DNA of 64,000 nucleotides from Polyangiales bacterium (GTDB taxonomy: Bacteria; Myxococcota_A; Polyangia; Polyangiales; JADJQN01), in the NCBI GenBank assembly GCA_964202905.1, contig CAXNJO010000010.1, positions 1 through 64,000 on the forward strand, written 5' to 3'. Below the pieces are notes generated by a model, which was not told the origin of the DNA, did not search any database, and saw nothing but the letters and a program-made list of their open reading frames with translations. Positions 1 through 9,662 of the stretch are shown here, one piece after another. Numbering within the stretch: the first letter of the stretch is position 1; each line of letters begins with the position of its first letter. The position numbers and the translations under genes are program-made.

Positions 1-74
1 TGCTCGCCGAGGGCGACGCGGTGACGCCGCCCGGCGCCACCACCTCGCTGCGCGTCGCGGCGCTGCTGCCCTGA
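1..74 (+). CDS. 3' end of a gene entering the window; possibly a Uma2/DUF820-family endonuclease C-terminus
   Basis: Frame from base 3 reads LAEGDAVTPPGATTSLRVAALLP* (TGA 72-74), which resembles Uma2 C-termini. Only 23 aa are visible. Confidence 0.3.
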   Translation, partial: LAEGDAVTPPGATTSLRVAALLP

Positions 75-164
75 CGGGCCCCGCGACCGAAGGCCCGGCG
101 CCGCGTACGACGATGGGCGCATACGTGGCGAGCACCGCCCTGACCTCGGCGGTCTCGCTTTCAG

Positions 165-630
165 CGGCGTCCATGGCTCACCCGGGACGAGCATGACCAG
201 CCGCTCGAGCACGCGGTCGAGGGCGTGCTCTCGATCGAACCGCGTGCCGGGCACGCGCAGCGGCCGGACGTCGGCGCCGAACGCGGGGTCGTTGCGCTTG
301 CCGGCGAGGTTCTCCTCGATCTCGGCGCGCGAGACGCGCTGGCCGCCACGCTCGAGGTCGTGGAGAAAGCAGCGCACGAGATCGCAGGCGTCGTCGTCCC
401 CGAGACGATCGAGGGTGACCGCGAAGTCGAAGAGGTCTCGTCCCTTCTTCCGCTGGTAGAGCGTCCGCAGCTTCGTTCGAGGGAGTTCCGGGAGAACGAA
501 CGTCGGGATCTCGGTGCGCCCCGCGAACCACCGGCTCGTCACCGCAAACGGCACACGAACCCTCGGCAGCACGGCCTCGTGCTCGCGCGTGTTGATCTCC
601 ACCTTCAGCCGCAGCGGCACGACCGAGGCG
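165..630 (-). pseudogene. C-terminal half of a second AbiEii-family nucleotidyltransferase toxin (N-terminus missing, no stop codon in the window)
   Basis: Manual translation (not in ORF track): ...PLRLKVEINTREHEAV...TKLRTLYQRKKGRDLFDF...SRAEIEENLAGK...PGEPW. LKVEINTREH and KLRxLYQRxKGRDLFD are AbiEii-subfamily motifs. The frame begins at the stop of the 632-1564 gene and stays open to base 1. Confidence 0.75.
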
Positions 631-631
631 A

Positions 632-1564
632 TCAGCTGGGGCACGAGTGGGGGGTCCACGGGCCGCCCGGTACCCAACGCTGGTTGAAGCTCTCGCCGCC
701 CTCGCAGGCGCGCGCGATGGGAAGCAGGAACTCGACGAGGAACGGCACGACCTCGGCGAGCGTCTCCGGGCAGTCGGCGTTCGGGAGCTTCTTTCGGAAC
801 GCGGTCCACTGCGCGAGCGTCGACGCCTGCTCGGTGAAGTCCGGCGTGAACGCGATCGGCGCCACATCGATGGCAGTCTCGCGGTTGGCGAAGGTGGCGG
901 CGATGGCCTCGGCGAGCATCGAGCCGTCGAAAGCGAACTGCCTCGCGAGCAGCCACACGTCGTAGAAGTCCTTCATGCGGCTGTTCAGCGTGCGCAGGTA
1001 GACCATCGCTTGGAACTTCTCGGCGATCACGGTCTCGCGCGGGTAGCCCGAGAGCGCGGGCGCGGGGAAGTCGAGCAGCGCCGGATACGTGATATCCAAC
1101 GCGCCGGGCGTCACGACGTCGCCGAACCCGACATCGAGTTGCATCGTCACGCGCGCCTTGCCGAGCAGGCCGACGAAGCGGACGCGCACCCCCTCGTAGT
1201 CTGCGTCCTCCGTGATGCGCTCGGTCTTCACCGTGGCCGGGTCGAACACCATGCCGTCGGGCTCCACGTCGGCGGCGCAGACCTCGCGGACCACGCGCTC
1301 GAGGTTCTCGAGCGAGTTGTCGAGCCGGCCGAGGAAGTCGACGTCCTTCGTCGCGCGCGCGAGCGGGGCCTCCCACACGTGCAGCATCAGCGCGCCCTTG
1401 AGGACGAAGTGCGCGCGGTGTGAAGTCGTCGACAACCGGTAGAGGAAGCGCTCCATCGCGTAGTACTGGAACAACTCTTGGAACGGCCGCTTCGCCCCCC
1501 GCGCGTGATTCTGGAGACGAGCCTGCACCGAGGCCGCGAGGTTGGAGACGTTCTTGGCGGTCAC
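632..1564 (-). CDS. abiEii: AbiEii/AbiGii-family nucleotidyltransferase toxin (type IV TA)
   Basis: Motifs FVLKGALML..RATKDVDFL, ETVIAEKFQAM and NSRMKDFYD. Overlaps the upstream antitoxin by 4 nt. Confidence 0.9.
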   Translation of the reverse strand: MTAKNVSNLAASVQARLQNHARGAKRPFQELFQYYAMERFLYRLSTTSHRAHFVLKGALMLHVWEAPLARATKDVDFLGRLDNSLENLERVVREVCAADVEPDGMVFDPATVKTERITEDADYEGVRVRFVGLLGKARVTMQLDVGFGDVVTPGALDITYPALLDFPAPALSGYPRETVIAEKFQAMVYLRTLNSRMKDFYDVWLLARQFAFDGSMLAEAIAATFANRETAIDVAPIAFTPDFTEQASTLAQWTAFRKKLPNADCPETLAEVVPFLVEFLLPIARACEGGESFNQRWVPGGPWTPHSCPS

Positions 1565-2166
1565 AGCGAAGCCTCCAGGTAGGGGCGCATCGCGCGCTCG
1601 ACGTGGCGCATGCGGGCGTACTGGAGGAGGACATCGAGCTTCTTCTTGCGGCGCTCACGCCAGAGCCGCAGCGCCGAGAGGGCCACGTCCATGCCGATCT
1701 GGTTCCGGTACCGGAAGCAATCGACGAGGGTCTTCTCCGGGGCGTAGATGCGTACCTGTACGCCGTCGAGCTCGTGCGTCTCGATGCCCTCGTGGAAAGC
1801 CGGCCCCGAGAACCAGTAGAAGCGCGTTGGCGGGTAGTCGAGGCGCGGCTTGGTCTTGCCTCGCTCGAGCGCGACGTCGATCGTGTGCGGCACCTGCGTC
1901 GTCAGCTCGTGGAACGAGAGCGCGGAGATGAGGCAGAGGACACCCTGCGGTACGCGCTTCGCCACCGTGACGAGGTCCGGGTGCGCGAGCGGGTCGAGCG
2001 AAGCAAGACGGTACACCCCTCGGGAGACCGGCACCACGACCCCGGCGTCACGCATCGCGTAGAGCGTCTTCCGGTTGATGCCGAGGCGCAGCGCTTCGGC
2101 CATGCGGAGGCCGCCGCCATGCTGGCGGAAAAGCTCGACCTCTCGCTCGAAGACCCGGGTAGCCAC
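1561..2166 (-). CDS. abiEi: AbiEi-family antitoxin / transcriptional regulator
   Basis: N-terminal wHTH-like region (..VSRGVYRL), then CLISALSFHELTTQVP and YAPEKTLVDCFRYRNQIG. Translationally coupled to abiEii. Confidence 0.9.
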   Translation of the reverse strand: MATRVFEREVELFRQHGGGLRMAEALRLGINRKTLYAMRDAGVVVPVSRGVYRLASLDPLAHPDLVTVAKRVPQGVLCLISALSFHELTTQVPHTIDVALERGKTKPRLDYPPTRFYWFSGPAFHEGIETHELDGVQVRIYAPEKTLVDCFRYRNQIGMDVALSALRLWRERRKKKLDVLLQYARMRHVERAMRPYLEASL

Positions 2167-2216
2167 GGGGACATATTGCCTTCAAACATTGACAAAGTGA
2201 AGTGGTTTTGTCCCCG
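2166..2216. promoter_or_regulatory. Inverted-repeat operator of the abiE promoter (probable AbiEi autorepression site)
   Basis: Arms CGGGGACA-N6-CTTCA at 2166-2184 and its reverse complement at 2198-2216, with a 13-bp AT-rich spacer, directly upstream of the abiEi start. AbiEi proteins are known to autoregulate through promoter inverted repeats. Confidence 0.7.
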
Positions 2217-2426
2217 AGTTTGGCGCCGAGGGTGGCGGCAGCAGCATGGGCCTGCGGCGCGGGACGGAGCGAATCGGTGGGAGTGTCCCGGGTCGCATCG
2301 CCCAACCACCTGGATTCGCCAGCATTCGCATTTCCGGGACGATGCGAGCGGGGCGAACCCGTCCCGCCGAGAGCGCCGCGAACGGGTTTGCGAGCGGCGC
2401 CGAATGCGGAGCCATGTCAAGCCGTT

Positions 2427-2496
2427 CGCGGCAGGCTCGCCGGAGGGCGGAGTCGGCGGCGGCGCGGCGGCGTTGTTCCGAGCTGGCGCGCGCCGA
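2427..2496 (+). repeat. Degenerate 70-bp direct repeat of the 5' part of the MNT gene (second copy at 3001-3070)
   Basis: Ungapped manual alignment of 2427-2496 with 3001-3070 gives 63/70 identical bases. Confidence 0.85.
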
Positions 2497-2504
2497 TGGC
2501 CGCG

Positions 2505-2809
2505 GAGAACCCGGAGTTATCGAAGTTGATTCTAAAAGCCTCCGGGAGAACTCCGAGTTCTCGACATCGATCTCGGAGGGCGTCCGGTGTGACTCCGAGT
2601 TCTCAAAATCGATTTTCAAATCGATCCGGAGAACTCCGAGTTCACAAAATCGATTTCGGAAGGCTTCCGGTGTAACTCCGAGTTCACAAAATCGATTTTG
2701 AAATCGATTCGCGTAACTCCGAGTTCACGAAATAGGTTTTGAAAATCGATCCGGAGAACTCCGAGTTCTCGAGATCGGTTTTGAAATCGATCCGGAGAAC
2801 TCCGAGTTC
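2505..2809. repeat. Non-coding tandem array of ~8 palindromic units with 41/42-bp period
   Basis: Core ACTCCGAGTT starts at 2550, 2592, 2633, 2675, 2716, 2758 and 2799, with a degenerate copy at 2509. Dyads are GAGAACTC-C-GAGTTCTC and AAAATCGATTTT. GC is 25/60 in line 2641-2700, far below the flanks. Confidence 0.9.
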
Positions 2810-2948
2810 CCCCGCGTCGGTTGGTTCGCAACCGGCCGAGTTCGGAGCCGAGGAGGAGCGCGTCACGGGCGCCGCGCGGACGGCCGCGCCCTCACGGGGG
2901 CCACGGAGCTCGCGGGCGACGTCGTCACGCGCGGGCTGCGCGCAGGCT

Positions 2949-3335
2949 ATGCTGCCCACGATGTCGGGATGGTCGACGGCCGAGATCGCGGAGTTCGCGG
3001 CGCGGCAGGCTCGCCTGAAGGCGGAGTCGGCGGCGGCGCAGCGGCGTTTTTCGGAGCAGGCGCGCGCGGAGGCGGAGGCGTTCGCGGCGCGGCTCGTGCG
3101 CGAGTTCGGCGCGACGCGTGTCGTGTTGTTCGGCAGCGTCGCGCGGGGCGAGGCGCGGCCGGGGAGCGACATCGACCTCGCCGTCGCAGGCATCGCGCCC
3201 GCGCGCTTCTTCGACGCAGCCGCCGCCGCGTTCGCCGACGTGCACTGCGCGACCGTCGACCTCGCGCCGCTCGACGCGCTTCACCCGCACATCCGCGCGC
3301 GCGTCGACGCCGAAGGCGTGGTGCTCGTTGGCTGA
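2949..3335 (+). CDS. Minimal nucleotidyltransferase (MNT/MntA-type antitoxin)
   Basis: Pol-beta motif VVLFGSVARGEARPGSDIDLAV plus VDL..L..I...V..EGV. Start is ATG 2949 or 2961. Confidence 0.85.
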   Translation: MLPTMSGWSTAEIAEFAARQARLKAESAAAQRRFSEQARAEAEAFAARLVREFGATRVVLFGSVARGEARPGSDIDLAVAGIAPARFFDAAAAAFADVHCATVDLAPLDALHPHIRARVDAEGVVLVG

Positions 3336-3831
3336 GCTGTCACGCGCCGCGCTCGCGACGGTGGCGGCCGAGCTGCGCGCGGAGCTTCCGCGCATCGATC
3401 GCGCCGTCGACGAGCTGCAACTCGTACGGCCGCTGGCGGCGACCACCGTGCACGCCGATGCGCAGGAGCGAGTCCGGCTCTACGCCGCGTCGGCCCTGCT
3501 CGACACCTTCTACACGGCCGTCGAGCGCGTCCTCCAGCGGCTCGCACGGGCGTTCGACGTCATGCCGACGGGGCCAACCTGGCACACCGATCTGCTCCAG
3601 CACGCGGGCCTCGAGCTGCGCGCCGCGGGGCCCGGCCGGCGTGGCGCGAGGCCCAGAGCACGACACAACCCCGGCCTTGGGAGGCGCGGGGCTGCATCGA
3701 TCACGAGCGCTCGACCGCCGTGTTCTGCGTGAGCGACCACGGGCCTCCTGCACGCGCTGCTCGGCCTCGTCGCCGATGGCATTCGCGCCGTCCCCCTCGC
3801 GCGCATCGCGAGCGAGATTGCACCGCTCTGA
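3328..3831 (+). pseudogene. HEPN (HepT/DUF86-like) RNase toxin remnant
   Basis: TTG start overlaps the MNT stop. ALLDTFYTAVERVLQRLARAFD..PTGPTWHTDLL is typical of HepT-like proteins. It is followed by an apparent ~85-bp insertion, an in-frame TGA at 3730-3732, and no R-X4-6-H motif in the residual tail. Confidence 0.7.
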
Positions 3832-3885
3832 AGGCGGCGCAGACCGCAGCGCCATGGTCGGGCGCATCGTCCGACCGCCCCAACA

Positions 3886-3922
3886 CCTTGAAGATTCGGA
3901 GTCGGACTCCGAGACTTCAAGG
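3886..3922. repeat. 37-bp imperfect palindrome between convergent genes (hairpin, terminator or REP-like)
   Basis: CCTTGAAG-AT-TCGGAGTC-G-GACTCCGA-GA-CTTCAAGG. Confidence 0.65.
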
Positions 3923-4003
3923 AATCCCTATCGACTCTCAGGCGCGTCACGGCGCGCACGTCGCGACGCTGCGCATCGCAACGGGTCGCGCGACGCGCGG
4001 AGG

Positions 4004-5167
4004 CTACTTACCGAAGATCTTCTTGAAGAAGCCCTTCTTCTCCTGACCTTCGAGCGCGGCGGTGTCGGAGGCGGGGGGCGCGACGCTCGGGGAGGTGGCG
4101 CTCGCGGGGAGCGGCGCTGGGCCGGGAGCGACGTCGTCCTCGACCTCGGAGACGGCGTAGAGCTCGTCTTCGTCGACGAACATCTCGAACTCACCGTCCT
4201 CGACGCGCGTGGCCTCGTCGACCATGGGTTCGGCCACGGCCGGTGCCGCCGAACTCGCTCGGGTCGAGCTCGCCCTCGAGCAACGCGGCGAGATCGTCGG
4301 GCACCGAGACGCGCTCGCCGAGGCGCGCGCGTCGTCGTCGTCGCCCGCGAGCGCGCTGAGGGGCACGTCGGACGTCGCATCGTCGAAGGAGGGCGGCGCT
4401 GCGGCCGCCGCGGGCGGGGCCGCGCCGACGAACTCGAGCGGGCCGCTCAGGAGCAGCGAGGTCGAGGCCTCGTCGCCGAACAGCGACTCCGCGGAGAGCG
4501 CCGCGGGCGCGGAGGAGGCGGGTGCAACGGGCTCCCGGGGCGCGGCCTCGGACACGGGCCCCGAGAGGGCCGCGAGCGTCGCGAACGAGACGAGGGAGGT
4601 GCTCTCCTCCTCGTCGAACACCGTCGGATCGACCTCGCCGAAGACCACCTCCGACGATGGCAGCGCGGCTCGCTCCTGCGTCGGCGGTTCGGAGGCGGCT
4701 TGCGCCTCGGTGTCGTCCGCGCGCGCCGCGTCGGCGGCTTCGGCGTCGACCGAGGCCGCCGAGGCGGAGGACGACGCATCCCCCGACGCGACCGGCTCCG
4801 GCTCGAGCACCGCGAGAGGCGAGCCCTCGGAGCGCGCGGTGTCGAAGCGGGAGTCCGCAGGCTCGGCGACGAGGGAGGCCGCGGGCGCCGCCTCGGGCAC
4901 GGGCGACGACGCGCGCGACGCGTGGGCGCGCAGTGGACGCGAGCGCGGCGGCGCGGGGCGCGACGCCTTGCGCGGAGCCGGATCGGGCTCCAGCCCGGCG
5001 GCGACACCGGCGGCAACACCGGCGGCGAGCACGGCGAGCGCGGCGTCGACCTCTGTGAGGCGGGGCGCCGGGCCGCGCGCCCCGCCGGAAACGGGGAACG
5101 CGAGGCCGGTGGCGAGCGCGTCGAGGTCACGGTCGAGCGCGCGGAGATCGATCGTCATCGCCGCCAT
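4004..5167 (-). CDS. Acidic low-complexity hypothetical protein with C-terminal amphipathic helix
   Basis: Ala/Pro/Asp/Glu-rich ORF immediately downstream of alaS, ending KKGFFKKIFGK. Possible compensating indels near 4230-4320, where an alternative frame reads DDLAALLEGELDPSEF. Confidence 0.65.
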   Translation of the reverse strand: MAAMTIDLRALDRDLDALATGLAFPVSGGARGPAPRLTEVDAALAVLAAGVAAGVAAGLEPDPAPRKASRPAPPRSRPLRAHASRASSPVPEAAPAASLVAEPADSRFDTARSEGSPLAVLEPEPVASGDASSSASAASVDAEAADAARADDTEAQAASEPPTQERAALPSSEVVFGEVDPTVFDEEESTSLVSFATLAALSGPVSEAAPREPVAPASSAPAALSAESLFGDEASTSLLLSGPLEFVGAAPPAAAAAPPSFDDATSDVPLSALAGDDDDARASASASRCPTISPRCSRASSTRASSAAPAVAEPMVDEATRVEDGEFEMFVDEDELYAVSEVEDDVAPGPAPLPASATSPSVAPPASDTAALEGQEKKGFFKKIFGK

Positions 5168-5203
5168 CGTCGCGCCTCGCGCGCGGCGCCGCAAGAGACG
5201 GCT

Positions 5204-7885
<2,682 letters not shown>

Positions 7886-7951
7886 GGGGGCGCTGATCTA
7901 CCGCATGCCCCCGGGCGCGGCTAGAGCGGCGTGCAGCGCACGGCCCCGCGC

Positions 7952-9497
7952 TCAGCGGAACTCGTAGCCCACCGACGCGCCGAGGCGCAGGTACGCGTCG
8001 CCGACGGGCTCGGGCACGCGGATCGGCTGCCAGGGCGCGCCCGCCGTCGTCGGAGCTCCAGGCCCCGACGCAAGGATTGCGGATGCAGGCGGTCTCCCCC
8101 TCGTACGTCGTCGAGAACGCGAAGTACTGGAACAGCAGGGAGACGTAGAGCCCGCGGAGGAGATAGGGCATCCCCGACTTGACCTCGAGCCCGAGCAGGA
8201 AGCCCGGCGCGCTCGAGGTCTGCGTGCCCCACACCTGCTTCTGCTCGACCGAAAGTCCAAGCCCGAAGCGATAGGCCGCGCGCGCGGTCAGCACGAGGTA
8301 GGTCGGCACCACCGGCACCGCGAGCCCGGCGCCGAGGTGCAGCGACGAGTAGCCCACGGGCGGGATGATCGCCGTCGGGTCGAGGCGCTCGAGCGCGGCG
8401 AGGTCGAGCGAGAAGCCGAAGAAGTGGTACGCGAGATCGAAGCTCAGCTCCGCGGCGCGCGCGGGGCGACCGAACGCGTAGCGCCCGCGTACGCCGAGGA
8501 AGAGATCGCGCTGCGAGGAGGTCACGGTGACGTCCTCGGGGCAGTCGAGGCCGGACGCGTCGCGCGCGGCGCAGCCCGTCGAGCGCAGGCCCACGGACGC
8601 GCGGTAGCCGAACACGACGCCGAGATACGGGAAGGGCTGCGCGCCGAAGGCGCCCGGATAGAACTCGCCGTCGACCGCGAGCTCGCCGTGGCCGAGCCCG
8701 GCGCTCTGGTAGCTGCGCGGCTCCGCGGCGCCCTCGGTCGCGCTCACAGCGTCACCGTAGAGCGGCACGACCTCGGTCGCCATCGAGCGACGCAGCGTGC
8801 CGGCGCCGAGGCCCACGCGGAACGCGGGGTAGCGCTCGTCGCCCTCGGGGGCCGCGTCGTCGTCGTCCTCGTCCGCGTCGGACGCGCGCTCGTCCTGCTC
8901 GACCGCGGCGCGCTGGTACCACGGCGTCTCGACGGGCTCGGGCTCCGGCGGGGGCGGCGGCGTGGGTGAGCTCGCCGCGTCGAGGTGCTCGACGAGGCGC
9001 GCGTGGCCGTTGCGGCGGACCGTGCCGAGCGCGTTCATCGTCGCGCCGCTCCACGTCGCGCTGCCGAGGATCGTGCCGTCCGCGCCGTTGCGCACGCGCA
9101 CCGTGAGCGTCCACGCGCGCCCGCGGCGCAGCACGCGTCCATCGACGAAGGCCGCGACGTCGAGGTGCTGCGCGACCGCCGCGTAGTCCGCGTCCGTGCG
9201 CACGCGGCGCAGCCCCACGGCCTGCGCGCCCGTGCGGAGCTCGGCGTCGGAGACGAGCGTGAGCGTGTCCGGATGATCGGCGAAGTCCGCGAGCAGCCCC
9301 GCGCGCACGCGCGACGCCTGCGGCCCCGCGAAGGGCTCGACGATCACGCGCTTCGGCGCGGCCGCGCGCGGCGCGACCCGGGGCGGCGTGGCCATGCGGA
9401 CCGGCCCGCGACGCGCTTGACCGAAGGCCGCCGCGGGCACGAGCACGAGGAGGAAAAAGACCAGCGCGCCGAGCCGGAGCGAGACGTGAGAGCGCAT
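7952..9497 (-). CDS. Secreted probable outer-membrane beta-barrel protein (one frameshift near 8050-8070, likely a sequencing error)
   Basis: Signal peptide, Pro/acidic linker, alternating beta-strand pattern. The C-terminus in a second frame ends YLRLGASVGYEFR (beta-signal-like). Confidence 0.6.
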
Positions 9498-9548
9498 GAC
9501 GGTGGCCACCCTACCAAAAGCGCGCGCCGGATCCGCGCGGGAACGAAT

Positions 9549-9565
9549 CTATTCACTTGTTCAGT
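9549..9565 (+). promoter_or_regulatory. Myxococcus-type LexA (SOS) box upstream of recN
   Basis: CTATTCACTTGTTCAGT matches 15/17 positions of the M. xanthus LexA consensus CTRHAMRYBYGTTCAGS, ~100 bp upstream of recN. Confidence 0.75.
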
Positions 9566-9662
9566 ATCCGTCAGTCGTGCTACCCGTCGCTCGTCCCACC
9601 GATAACGCGCCGCGCTCGGGGCCGGGTCGTGGGGATCACGCCGCGCGCGGGAGGCCATTGCC

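Noticed and set aside
2505..2809. CRISPR array
   Set aside because: The constant part is only ~13-15 bp, the intervening sequences are variants of each other rather than unique spacers, the 41/42-bp period is too short, and no cas genes are in the window.
2182..2948. ORFs through the array (2182-2619, 2202-2675, 2246-2701, and the N-terminal extension of 2739-3335) as repeat proteins
   Set aside because: The repeat period is not a multiple of 3, so the peptides (NSEF, TPSS) rotate between frames. The MNT domain starts at ~2949.
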